DNA of 64,000 bases, taken from positions 9,423 through 73,422 of the forward strand of contig JAZNKS010000096.1 in NCBI GenBank assembly GCA_045578725.1, given 5' to 3'. Numbering within the stretch: position 1 is the first letter of the stretch; every line of letters begins with the position of its first letter. A program made the translations under genes and the position numbers. This stretch comes from Candidatus Flemingiibacterium sp. (GTDB taxonomy: Bacteria; Bacillota; Clostridia; Oscillospirales; CAG-272). Positions 25,243 through 34,469 of the stretch are shown in pieces. The notes under the pieces are model-generated. The model was not told the DNA's origin. It worked only from the letters and a program-made list of their open reading frames with translations, and made no database searches.

Positions 25243-27393
25243 ATGAAAGCATCTGCACATTTCACCGATCTGATTGTCAAAGGAAGCAACCCGCCCGGCT
25301 TCTGTTACCGCAGCGGCCTGACGGTCTATGAGGAGGGCTTCGGCAATGGCATTCTTGCCTCCCGCGGCTGGAACGGCGCCGGCTTCCCGCTGAATATTCT
25401 CGACGATTTTCCGTCCTATCTGAATGCCGGAGACTTCCCCGTCTGCGAGGTCTTCAAAATCGAGGCAAACGGCGTTTCCCTACTCGGAAGCTGGGAATAC
25501 GTTTCCCATACCCACAGCACGGAGGACGGCTGCATCCATGCCCGCCTCACGCTGAAATCCTCCGCCGTACCGCTTACGGTCACCCTGCACACTTATCTTG
25601 ACGGCACCGCTGTCCTCATGCGCTGGCTGACCCTTCACAACACCGGAAGCACCCCGCTCAACATCAGCCATATCACCGTCATGGGCGGCGGTATGGAAAG
25701 CATTGCCCGGTGGGCCGATTATACCGACAACAGCGAAAAGCTCTATTCCGTCGGCTATTTTGAGCGCGCCCAATGGGGCCATGAGGGCACCTTCCGCTGG
25801 CATGACATCGGCACGGCCCGCATGAGCATTTCCAGCCGCTATGACCGTGACCGCCACCGCCATCCGATGTTCATGGTAAAAAACAATGCGCTCGGCACCA
25901 TCTGGTTTGGCCAGCTGGGCTATTCGGGCAGCTATGCCTTCGATTTCGATCTCAACACCGACAACAACAACGGCACATCTCATTTCTCCTTTGCGGCACG
26001 GCTGGAGGGCGATGCCCCCACGCTGATCCTCGAGCCGGATGAGTGCTGGGATTCGCCGAAGATGCATCTTGGCATGATGAACGGCGATCTTGATGACATC
26101 GTCAACGAGATGCACCGCCATACCCGCAAATCGGTCTTCACTCTGCCCGAGACGGCCGGCCTTTCGGACAATGGCCGCTACGGCGGTCTGATTGAGGGCG
26201 GCATGGGCCCGGAGCGCCCGATGACCGTCGAGGCCACCAGGCATTACGCCGATACCATTGCGGCCATCGGCGGCGAAACGCTGATTATCGATGCCGGCTG
26301 GTACTGCCCAAACGGCGAGGAGAGCAAGGGCTGGTCGCGCCAGGTCGGCGACTGGGAATACAATCCCGAAAAATACCCGAACGGCATCGAAGAGATCCGC
26401 GATTACATCCATTCGAAGGGCCTGCTGTTCGGTCTGTGGGGCGAAATTGAGCGCGCCGGCGTGAATTCCAGGGTTTACAGCGAGCATCCCGACTGGTTCG
26501 CCGTCGACCGGGCCGGCAATCGCACCACCCTGCTTGATATGTCCAATCCCGAGGCCGTGCAGTTTGCGGAAAACGCCGTGATTCATCTTGTCGAGGATTA
26601 CAAAATCGACCTCTTCCGGCTGGACTACAATGTGGACTACCGGATCTGGCACCACAAAAACAAGCGCGGCGAAAGCGTTCCGGCCCGTTATTACGATAAT
26701 CTCTACGCCATGTTCGGCCGCCTGCGGAGCCGCTTCCCGGATGTCATCTTTGAAAACTGCGCCTCCGGCGGCTCCCGCACCGATCTCGGCCTGAATGCCT
26801 ATTTCACCCATACATGGGTATCCGACCATCAGAATCAGCCGCGCGGCGTCGCTATCACCAACGGCATGACGATGGTTCTGCCGCCCGAGCGGGTGGACCG
26901 CCTCGCCAGCGGCATGGGCTCCCACGCCTTCGGCACGCTGGATGCGATCATCCGCCACACCCTGTTCGGCCGTCCGACCACCAATTCCTATAACTGCGCC
27001 GGTACCGAAATGAATCCGAATCAGATCGAATTCGTCCGTCACAGCTATGAGCTATACAAGAATCATATCCGGCCGTGGGCATCAGAGGGCCTCATCTTCC
27101 ATCACACGCCCGAATGCTGGGACCTCCAGACAAAGGGCACGCTGATTTTAGAGCGCGCGGCCGCCGATGCTTCGACATCCGTCATCGGAATCTTCCGCCT
27201 TTGCGGCGACAATCCCGATGAAACGGTGGTCTATCCCCGCGGCATCGATGCCTCGGCCCTGTACGAGGTCACCTTTGATAACAGCCGCGCATCCGCAAAG
27301 CTGTCCGGCTTTGAGATGATCAACAACGGCCTTCGCGTACGCATCACAAACAATCTGTCAAGTGAGCTGATTCTGATAAAGAAGCTCGGATAA
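25243..27393 (+). CDS. GH36-family alpha-galactosidase-like glycoside hydrolase
   Basis: AAAGGAAG precedes ATG 25243. IIDAGWY, KIDLFRLDYN and FENCASGGSRTD resemble GH36 catalytic-domain motifs. The ORF-track start at 24730 overlaps the divergent M20 gene. Confidence 0.75.
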   Translation: MKASAHFTDLIVKGSNPPGFCYRSGLTVYEEGFGNGILASRGWNGAGFPLNILDDFPSYLNAGDFPVCEVFKIEANGVSLLGSWEYVSHTHSTEDGCIHARLTLKSSAVPLTVTLHTYLDGTAVLMRWLTLHNTGSTPLNISHITVMGGGMESIARWADYTDNSEKLYSVGYFERAQWGHEGTFRWHDIGTARMSISSRYDRDRHRHPMFMVKNNALGTIWFGQLGYSGSYAFDFDLNTDNNNGTSHFSFAARLEGDAPTLILEPDECWDSPKMHLGMMNGDLDDIVNEMHRHTRKSVFTLPETAGLSDNGRYGGLIEGGMGPERPMTVEATRHYADTIAAIGGETLIIDAGWYCPNGEESKGWSRQVGDWEYNPEKYPNGIEEIRDYIHSKGLLFGLWGEIERAGVNSRVYSEHPDWFAVDRAGNRTTLLDMSNPEAVQFAENAVIHLVEDYKIDLFRLDYNVDYRIWHHKNKRGESVPARYYDNLYAMFGRLRSRFPDVIFENCASGGSRTDLGLNAYFTHTWVSDHQNQPRGVAITNGMTMVLPPERVDRLASGMGSHAFGTLDAIIRHTLFGRPTTNSYNCAGTEMNPNQIEFVRHSYELYKNHIRPWASEGLIFHHTPECWDLQTKGTLILERAAADASTSVIGIFRLCGDNPDETVVYPRGIDASALYEVTFDNSRASAKLSGFEMINNGLRVRITNNLSSELILIKKLG

Positions 27394-27402
27394 GGAGTCA
27401 TT

Positions 27403-29421
27403 ATGAAAAAGAATTACACAAATCCCGAGGCCGATCGCTTCTATGCCTCTCTGCTGGAGGATCCCGCCAAAATCCCCTTCTCCTTCACCTATGCCGGCAG
27501 GGATTATACCGGCCTTGGCGGCGATGTGCGCATCACGCCCGCAGATACCGGGGACAGCCGCGAATCGGCCGAGCTTTGCATGGCACTCGATGAATCGCTG
27601 GAGCTCTGTCTGCTCATCACCCATTATCCGACCCACGGTGTCACGGAATGGACGGCCCGCTTCACTAATCCCTCCGATCATGACAGCGGACTGCTCGAGA
27701 ATCCCCATGTAAAGCTCTCCTTTGCGGGCGCGTATCCGACCCTCAAGGGCATTCTCGGCGACCATGTGAATCAGTACCGCCCCTACAGCGTGGATCTTAC
27801 CTCCATGCCCGCCTCCTTTGAATCGTCAAGCGGCCGCGCGACGCATATCAACTTCCCCTACTTCAATCTGGAGTACGGCGACGGCGGCGTAATGCTCGCC
27901 ATCGGCTGGGCCGGCACCTGGCGCGCCGATTTCATTTATGATGGCGGAGCGACCGCATACACCGCCCGCTCGGTCAACAATCTCCGCACCGTACTGCGCC
28001 CCGGCGAGGAAATCCGTACCGCGCTCTTTGTTGTGGCTCCGTACACCGTGCGAAACGAAAACTACGCCGTCAATTACTGGCGCGATTGGTTCATCGGCTG
28101 GAATCTTCCGAAGGCTGATGCCGACGGGCATCCTCTTGCGCCCTTCTCCACCTGCTGTCTGTGCTCGGATACCGGCCTTCCCAATTCCGACGGAAGCATC
28201 TCCGAAAACCACGCCAGCTGGCGGCCGAGTCTTGAAAAGATGATCGCCGAGAACTGCAAGGTCGATTTCCGCTGGTTCGATGCCGGCTGGTATATGGCCC
28301 CCGACAAAAGCTCCGCCGTTTCTTATGAAAAGGGGCACGATTGGTGGGACACCGTCGGCACATGGGAGCTGGATCCCGCCAAGTGGCCGGGCGACAGCTT
28401 CCGAAAATCCACCGATTTCGCCCGCGAAAACGGCATGAAGACCCTGATGTGGTTCGAGCCGGAGCGGGTCACCGATCCCGAATCGCTGGCAGAGAATTTC
28501 GGCTACAATCCCGAATGGGCGATTCGCCGGGAGGGCGTGCGCGCGATCTCCAACAACATCGGCGATGAAGCCTGCTATAACTGGACGGTCAGTCGGATCA
28601 CGAAGACCCTTAGGGAAAACCGGGTCGAAATGTACCGCGAGGACAACAACTGCGATGCCGCCGGGCTTTGGAAGTGGCTGGATGAACGCGAGGGTGAAAA
28701 CCGGCAGGGCATCACCGAATGCAAATTCATCGGCGCGCACTACCGGATGTGGGATGACATCATCGCCTGCACGCTTTCGCACGGCGGATGCGGCTTTGTG
28801 GATTCCTGCGCCAGCGGCGGCGGCCGGAACGATCTGGAATCCATGCGCCGGGGTGTACCGCTTCTGCGAAGCGATGCCGACCGCGAATCGACCGGACTGC
28901 GGCTTTCGATGACCACCGCCTTCAATGCGTGGATCCCCTTCTGCGGCGCCAATACCAAGGAGAAGAAGTATCAGCTGGACAAAACCGGCATCAGCGACGT
29001 CTATGTCTGGCGCGCCTCCTATCTGCCGATTCTGAACGTGGATTCCCAGTTTGTCTATGATGAAAGTCAGAATTTCGATATCCTCCGCCTCGGCCTTGAT
29101 GAGTGGAAACGGGTCCGGCCCTATCTGCTCTGCGATTTCTATCGGCTGACTCCGTGGCACGGCCCGGCCGATACCAGCGGCTTTACCGCCTTCGCCTACT
29201 ATGACGAGGAATCGAAAAAGGGCGTTCTGCTGGCCTTCCGGCAGGAAAAGTGCGCCGAGGCAGAGCTGCGTGTCCGCCTTCCCTTCCTTGATGCGGGCGG
29301 ATGCTTTGTCCTGCGCGATGAGGACAGCGGCGAGATGTATGCCATCAGCCGCGGCGAGGATCTTTCGCTCACCTTCGATGCGCCGCGCACGGCACGGCTT
29401 CTCTGGATCGACGGAAACTGA
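27403..29421 (+). CDS. Second GH36-like glycoside hydrolase, a distant paralog of the preceding gene
   Basis: AAGGAG precedes the ATG. FRWFDAGWYM, VEMYREDNN and DSCASGGGRNDLE parallel the motifs of the upstream gene. Confidence 0.7.
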   Translation: MKKNYTNPEADRFYASLLEDPAKIPFSFTYAGRDYTGLGGDVRITPADTGDSRESAELCMALDESLELCLLITHYPTHGVTEWTARFTNPSDHDSGLLENPHVKLSFAGAYPTLKGILGDHVNQYRPYSVDLTSMPASFESSSGRATHINFPYFNLEYGDGGVMLAIGWAGTWRADFIYDGGATAYTARSVNNLRTVLRPGEEIRTALFVVAPYTVRNENYAVNYWRDWFIGWNLPKADADGHPLAPFSTCCLCSDTGLPNSDGSISENHASWRPSLEKMIAENCKVDFRWFDAGWYMAPDKSSAVSYEKGHDWWDTVGTWELDPAKWPGDSFRKSTDFARENGMKTLMWFEPERVTDPESLAENFGYNPEWAIRREGVRAISNNIGDEACYNWTVSRITKTLRENRVEMYREDNNCDAAGLWKWLDEREGENRQGITECKFIGAHYRMWDDIIACTLSHGGCGFVDSCASGGGRNDLESMRRGVPLLRSDADRESTGLRLSMTTAFNAWIPFCGANTKEKKYQLDKTGISDVYVWRASYLPILNVDSQFVYDESQNFDILRLGLDEWKRVRPYLLCDFYRLTPWHGPADTSGFTAFAYYDEESKKGVLLAFRQEKCAEAELRVRLPFLDAGGCFVLRDEDSGEMYAISRGEDLSLTFDAPRTARLLWIDGN

Positions 29422-29428
29422 CAAAAAA

Positions 29429-29462
29429 GATTGCCGCAATCCAACGTCGGATTGCGGCAATC
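29429..29462. terminator. Bidirectional terminator hairpin
   Basis: GATTGCCGCAATCC-aacgtc-GGATTGCGGCAATC forms a perfect 14-bp stem with an upstream A-run. Confidence 0.7.
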
Positions 29463-29467
29463 CCTGC

Positions 29468-29731
29468 TTATACTTTATCACCGTGATCGGGGAGCGCCAG
29501 TACCATAAACCAGCCAATCGGCCCGAACAGGAAGGGAATCCAGAAATAGCGCATCCAGGGAAATCCCTTCATCTTTGCCACATTGTAAAACTGCTTGGCC
29601 AGCAGAATGTTGATGACAAGCGCCGCAATCAGGACGATCAGCACCGCAATCAGCGCGCCGAAACCGGCCTGCTCAGCCATGAAGATGGCGGTCGGTCCGT
29701 CCGCACCGCCGATAATTCCGATATCACCCAT
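29468..29731 (-). CDS. Small membrane protein, 87 aa; paralog of the upstream gene
   Basis: AGGAGG RBS. It shares a block with its neighbour: FYNVAKMKGFPWMRYFWIPFLFGPIGWFMVLALPD versus FYKIAKLKGHAKLRYFFIPFLFGIMGWILVAALPD. Confidence 0.65.
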   Translation of the reverse strand: MGDIGIIGGADGPTAIFMAEQAGFGALIAVLIVLIAALVINILLAKQFYNVAKMKGFPWMRYFWIPFLFGPIGWFMVLALPDHGDKV

Positions 29732-29745
29732 GTCATTTTTCCTCC

Positions 29746-30129
29746 TCAGTCAATAATGGTCGGCGAATAGCTGTTGGTGCTTACCGCGCCGGACGGCGGA
29801 TTCACGGGGACATTGCCTGCCGTGATTACGGGCGCCTTCGGGGCCTCGCTGACACCCGAACGGTCGGGCAGAGCCGCAACCAGAATCCATCCCATAATTC
29901 CGAACAGGAACGGGATGAAGAAGTAGCGGAGCTTGGCGTGTCCCTTCAGCTTGGCGATCTTGTAGAACTGCAAGGCCAGCAGGATGCTGATGATCAGCGA
30001 CACCAACAGGCCGATGCCGACCGGTGCGGCCGCCGCAAGAATCCCCTCTGCCAGCTGATCCATGGGATTTGCCGCCGATCCGCCAAGCAAAAGCTCGGCC
30101 ATTTCCGGGTTTTCCAGAATTTCTTCCAT
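29746..30129 (-). CDS. Small membrane protein, 127 aa; paralog of the downstream gene
   Basis: GGAGGT RBS, two hydrophobic segments and a shared C-terminal block with the 87-aa neighbour. Confidence 0.65.
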   Translation of the reverse strand: MEEILENPEMAELLLGGSAANPMDQLAEGILAAAAPVGIGLLVSLIISILLALQFYKIAKLKGHAKLRYFFIPFLFGIMGWILVAALPDRSGVSEAPKAPVITAGNVPVNPPSGAVSTNSYSPTIID

Positions 30130-30144
30130 AGGATGTTACCTCCG

Positions 30145-31194
30145 ATGATAAAAGATTTGTCTTGTATCGTTCAGCCGCTCTGCGGCTGGTACCGATCAAA
30201 TAAGAAGCCGCTTCCCTGGCGGCTCGATCCGACGCCCTATCACGTCTGGATCTCCGAAATCATGCTTCAGCAGACCCGCATCGAAGCCGTGATTCCCTAC
30301 TATGCCCGCTTTCTCGAAGCCTTTCCTTCTGTGTCGGCGCTCGCCGAAGCCGACGATGACCGGCTGATGAAGCTCTGGGAGGGGCTGGGCTATTATTCCC
30401 GGGCCCGCAATCTGAAGCGGGCGGCTATCGAAATATGCGATCGCTTCGGCGGTCAGCTTCCGGCGGATGCGGCGTTACTGCGAAGCCTTCCCGGCATCGG
30501 CGATTACACCGCAGGCGCGATTGCTTCCATCGCCTTCGGGCTCCCGGAGCCGGCTGTGGACGGCAATGTTCTGCGGGTGCTCTCCCGCCTCGCGGCATGG
30601 GATGCGAATATCGCAAAGCCCGCCGCAAAGCGTGCGGCCGCCGACTGGCTCCGTGCGGTTTATCCTTCCGGCGATGAGGCCGGCCTTTTCACCGAGGGCC
30701 TGATGGAGCTCGGCGAAAATGTCTGCATCCCGAACGGTCTGCCGAAATGCGAAGCCTGCCCGCTTGCATCCTTCTGCGAGGCCAACCGATCCGGCCGCAC
30801 CGGGGATTATCCCGTGCGCTCCCAAAAGGCCGCGCGGCGGATGGAGGTGCGTACCGTTCTGCTTATCGAATGGGATAACCGCATCGCCGTCCAAAAAAGG
30901 CCGGAGAGGGGACTTCTTGCCGGGCTGTGGGAGTTTCCTTCTCTTGATGGGGAGGCGGATGAGTCCGCCGTCCGCGATTACCTCCGCCAAAACGGGCTTG
31001 AGGCCCGGCATATCACGCCGGTCGGATCCGCCGTCCATATTTTCAGCCATGTCGAATGGCATATGAAGGGTCTGAAAATCGAGGCGGAGCCGCTGGCAGA
31101 TGCCGTCTGCCCGCTTGTATTTGCCTCCCGTGAGGAGCGTGGGGACATCTATGCGATTCCCTCCGCCTTCCGTTATTTTTCGTCCTTGCTCTGA
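30145..31194 (+). CDS. mutY: A/G-specific adenine DNA glycosylase
   Basis: WYRSNKKPLPWR...PYHVWISEIMLQQTRIEAVIPYY, GLGYYSRARNL and VDGNVLRVLSR are present. So is the Fe-S Cys cluster C..C..C....C and a Nudix-like C-terminal domain. The start could be 30145 or 30133. Confidence 0.9.
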   Translation: MIKDLSCIVQPLCGWYRSNKKPLPWRLDPTPYHVWISEIMLQQTRIEAVIPYYARFLEAFPSVSALAEADDDRLMKLWEGLGYYSRARNLKRAAIEICDRFGGQLPADAALLRSLPGIGDYTAGAIASIAFGLPEPAVDGNVLRVLSRLAAWDANIAKPAAKRAAADWLRAVYPSGDEAGLFTEGLMELGENVCIPNGLPKCEACPLASFCEANRSGRTGDYPVRSQKAARRMEVRTVLLIEWDNRIAVQKRPERGLLAGLWEFPSLDGEADESAVRDYLRQNGLEARHITPVGSAVHIFSHVEWHMKGLKIEAEPLADAVCPLVFASREERGDIYAIPSAFRYFSSLL

Positions 31195-31499
31195 CGGAGC
31201 AGAATCAGCCGCACAAGACCGAGCAGCAGCGACAGACCGAGCATTCCGAGGAAGACAAAGGATGCCCCATAGCCGAGAATCGCTTCCGCAAAATAGGTCA
31301 GCCCCGGCATGAAGCCGGATCCCGGCAGGCTATCGTAATGCCTTCCGATGAGATAGGAGCCCGCACCGGACACAATCTCCAAAAGATACAGAATCGCAAA
31401 GCTCCGGATGCACGGCTTTTTCATGGCGATAACCAGCCAGACAATCTGAAGCGCCAGTAAAAGAAGATAGACAATCAGCCAGAAGATATCCAAAATCAT
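31173..31499 (-). CDS. Hypothetical membrane protein, 108 aa
   Basis: GGAGGG RBS and 3-4 hydrophobic segments. The 3' end overlaps the mutY 3' end by 22 nt. Confidence 0.55.
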   Translation of the reverse strand: MILDIFWLIVYLLLLALQIVWLVIAMKKPCIRSFAILYLLEIVSGAGSYLIGRHYDSLPGSGFMPGLTYFAEAILGYGASFVFLGMLGLSLLLGLVRLILLRQSKDEK

Positions 31500-31637
31500 C
31501 CCTCCGTCCGTTTTCCTACATTATAGCACAAGCGGCGGCACTTGTCAAGAGACGTTCCGCTTGGCGGGCGCTGAAAGCCGTTGGTTCCCAAAGCAAACAA
31601 ATTCCTTTGTGCAGAATGACGAAAATAAAATTCCCTC

Positions 31638-31666
31638 TTGCGTTTGCTCGACGGTTATGGTATACT
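31638..31666 (+). promoter_or_regulatory. Sigma-A-type promoter of SBP-like paralog 1
   Basis: TTGCGT (31638-31643), a 17-nt spacer, then TATACT (31661-31666) with a TGG extended -10. Confidence 0.5.
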
Positions 31667-31714
31667 GAATACAGCGAAAGCTCTACAGAATACCAACGAA
31701 AGGATGAACCCGCT

Positions 31715-33211
31715 ATGAAACCGAGCATCACCTCCCGCATCAGCCTCATTCTCGCGCTTATTCTGAGCACCTCCGCCCTCTTTGCCTGCGGCGGCGACAC
31801 GCCATCCGGCGACACCACCGCCCCCGGCGACACGACACCGGCCGTCACCGATCCGGAGAATGAACGTCTTGGCATCGATGACGGGCTTCCCGCCAAGGAT
31901 TTCGGCGGATACGAATTCCGCATCATGCATCAGGGCAGCGCCAGCCCGACCGATGCCTATGTTCCCGAAGCCACCAACGGCGACATCGTGAACGATGCCA
32001 TCTTTGAGCGCAATCAGGCCATCGAGGAGCGCTTCAATGTTGACATCACCGTTATCCCCAACGGTCTTGCCTATCAGGAGCATATGCAGAAGATCCAGCA
32101 GCACATTCTGGCCAATGACGATGCCTTCGATGTCAGCCTGAACCACATCGTGGCCGGCCCGAACTATGTACTGGAGGGCCTCTTCCTCAATATGTACGAT
32201 CTGCCCTACGTCGATTTCTCCAAGCCCTGGTGGGGCGATCAGATGGTCGATGAAATGACCGTGCTGGGTCAGCTCTATCTCGCCCTCGATGTCATCGGTA
32301 TGGGCGGTCTGACCTCGGCCAAGGTTCACTTCCTGAATCTGCAGAAGTTCGACGAATACAAGCTGGAGCTTCCCTATCAGCAGGTTCTGGACGGCACCTG
32401 GACCTTTGACAAGCTGATCGCGCTGACCAAGGATGTCTACGCCGATCTCAACGGCAACTCCAAGAGCGATACGGAGGACTTCTTCGGCTATGTTTCCCAC
32501 GCCTCGCAGAACGGCTTCTTCACCTCCTTTGAGGCGCCTGTCCTGCTCAAGGACGAGGACGAAACGCTGGTGCTCGGCGTACAGTCCGACAAGATGGCCG
32601 CCATTATCGAAAAGATGTACAGCTGGTACTATGAATCCGTCGGCTCCTGCATCGTAAACGGCCAGGATCCCGTATCGGGTCTGGATCAGGTTGCATGGCA
32701 GGCCCAGCTCTTTGCGGACGGTCATGCACTGGTCGCCTTCTCCAAGCTCGGCTCCGCATCCTCCACCTTCCGCGAATCCAATGTCGAGTACGGCATCATT
32801 CCCTTCCCGAAGTGGGATGAGAATCAGGAAGCCTACCGCACCTTCTGCGGCTCCAATCTGCTCGGCGTACCGGTCACCTGCTCCGATCTTGAGCGCACCT
32901 CGATCATTCTGGAAGCAATGGTTGCCGAAAACTACAAGACGGTTATGCCGACCTACTTTGAAACGGCTCTGAAGGAGAAATTCTCCTTTGACAGCGAAAC
33001 CGGCCAGATGCTGGATATCATCAACGACTCGCTGACCATCAGCTTCGCCTACGCTTACGATAACTGGAAGGGATTCGGCCATATGTGCAGCACGCTGTTC
33101 GGCGGCTCCAATCCCAGCGGCGATTTCGCCTCCTTCTATGCAACCCGTCTGCCCAGCGCCGAGGAGCGCCTGAAGCTGATCGTCGACTTCTACGAAGCCA
33201 ACGCGGAGTAA
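31715..33211 (+). CDS. Extracellular solute-binding-protein-like lipoprotein (paralog 1 of 4)
   Basis: MKPSITSRISLILALILSTSALFAC is a lipobox, followed by a T/P/D-rich linker. DFGGYEFRIM, DVSLNH, NGNSKSD and FPKWDENQEAY are shared with the genes at 48995, 50619 and 52169. Confidence 0.7.
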   Translation: MKPSITSRISLILALILSTSALFACGGDTPSGDTTAPGDTTPAVTDPENERLGIDDGLPAKDFGGYEFRIMHQGSASPTDAYVPEATNGDIVNDAIFERNQAIEERFNVDITVIPNGLAYQEHMQKIQQHILANDDAFDVSLNHIVAGPNYVLEGLFLNMYDLPYVDFSKPWWGDQMVDEMTVLGQLYLALDVIGMGGLTSAKVHFLNLQKFDEYKLELPYQQVLDGTWTFDKLIALTKDVYADLNGNSKSDTEDFFGYVSHASQNGFFTSFEAPVLLKDEDETLVLGVQSDKMAAIIEKMYSWYYESVGSCIVNGQDPVSGLDQVAWQAQLFADGHALVAFSKLGSASSTFRESNVEYGIIPFPKWDENQEAYRTFCGSNLLGVPVTCSDLERTSIILEAMVAENYKTVMPTYFETALKEKFSFDSETGQMLDIINDSLTISFAYAYDNWKGFGHMCSTLFGGSNPSGDFASFYATRLPSAEERLKLIVDFYEANAE

Positions 33212-33364
33212 GACTGCGCCGATTCCCGCTTCAGAAAGGACTTAGCGTGAAAAATACTTTTTCACGCATGGTTTTGTGGCTTTCATGTCTCTTTGAGCCA
33301 TGATTTTGCTTCGCAAAACCAGCCCCAATTCCCAAATAAGGAAGTTTTCGCTGACGCGAAAGCC

Positions 33365-34081
33365 ATGATGATTAATATGAACGAGAAGAACCGTCATTTC
33401 CATCGGATCGCCCTTGCCGCTTTTGCGGTGATCTCGGCACTCTGTCTGATCGGGATGGCGGTTCTTTATCCTTACAATCCTGCGGAGTACACGGTTATTC
33501 ATTTCGACAAGCACATGACCATGTCCGACCCGGTGATCGCCAAGGCGATTCTGAAATCGTTCTGGCGCACCTACCGTCCCGGCGATACCTTCTGGCATCT
33601 GATGGATGCCCAAGCGGAAAACATCTATCTGCGCGGGCCGTTTCCGATGTATTCGGTCTGTGAAGACAACACCATCCGTCAGACCTGTATGCGGTACTCG
33701 GTGAAAACAGCAGACGGCCGGTTCGGTATTGTGGTTTATCCCTACTGGATGGCAGACGGCTCCTTTACCGACTGGGGACGGTTCTTTCTTGCCAAAAGCA
33801 AGGAATTCTATCCGCCGGAATACACCGATGAGAACAACGTTTCCCTCGCCTATAACGGTGGGGAAATCTTCGGCGACGACTACATGGTCACCAAAGATGG
33901 AATCACCCTCGAAGAGCTGTACAATGTCCCGCCCTACAGCGAAGCGGACGATGCCGTTAACATGACCGAGCTGGAGCGTGTCGCGCTTGTGTACGGTCCC
34001 GCTCTGCTGGAGCACGCGATCCCCTTCATCGAGGAATACACGCTGGCCGAGGTCATAACCTTCGCCGAGTCCGCCGAATAA
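33365..34081 (+). CDS. Hypothetical N-terminally anchored protein
   Basis: There is one hydrophobic segment (IALAAFAVISALCLIGMAVL). The start is uncertain among ATGs at 33365, 33368 and 33377. Confidence 0.5.
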   Translation: MMINMNEKNRHFHRIALAAFAVISALCLIGMAVLYPYNPAEYTVIHFDKHMTMSDPVIAKAILKSFWRTYRPGDTFWHLMDAQAENIYLRGPFPMYSVCEDNTIRQTCMRYSVKTADGRFGIVVYPYWMADGSFTDWGRFFLAKSKEFYPPEYTDENNVSLAYNGGEIFGDDYMVTKDGITLEELYNVPPYSEADDAVNMTELERVALVYGPALLEHAIPFIEEYTLAEVITFAESAE

Positions 34082-34083
34082 GC

Positions 34084-34115
34084 AAAAAAATCCACCCTGC
34101 CGGGTGGATTTTTTC
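34084..34115. terminator. Bidirectional intrinsic terminator
   Basis: AAAAAAATCCACCC-tgcc-GGGTGGATTTTTT lies between convergent genes. Confidence 0.8.
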
Positions 34116-34373
34116 TTATTTCTTCTTGAACATATTCAGGATGCCGCCGATGGCGTCCTTCACATCGTCGGCCTTATCCTTGGCATCGTCGATGGCCATC
34201 TTTGCCTTGACGCCGTCGATGATGCTCTGGATTTTCTCGTCGGGCAGATCGATGCCGATCAGCTCCTCGATAACCTTGATCGGAGAAGCCTTGAACTTCG
34301 CCAGCAGATCGTCGCTGTTCTTCAGCTTTTCCACGATTTCTTCAATTTTTTCCTTGATCTCGTCCATTTTCAT
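34116..34373 (-). CDS. Small highly charged helical protein, 85 aa
   Basis: GGAGGC RBS. The sequence is K/E/D-rich (MKMDEIKEKIEEIVEKLK...). No family recognised. Confidence 0.5.
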   Translation of the reverse strand: MKMDEIKEKIEEIVEKLKNSDDLLAKFKASPIKVIEELIGIDLPDEKIQSIIDGVKAKMAIDDAKDKADDVKDAIGGILNMFKKK

Positions 34374-34469
34374 GCCTCCGAAGCAATAAATTTTACGTTA
34401 CCATTATACCACACCGCGCTCCGGATTGCAAGAGGCGGCGGCAAATTTCAGCAAAAATTCACTTCCCCG

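Noticed and set aside
31173-31194. A 22-nt convergent overlap between the 3' end of mutY and the 108-aa membrane-protein gene.
   Set aside because: Short convergent overlaps are common in compact genomes, and nothing else is unusual here. The small gene's stop could also simply reflect an alternative, shorter real ORF.
33245-33267. The perfect 10-bp hairpin GCGTGAAAAA-tac-TTTTTCACGC after SBP paralog 1, considered as a regulatory element.
   Set aside because: It sits 34 nt after a stop codon and is most simply a weak terminator lacking a U-run. No further structure or conservation can be judged from this window.
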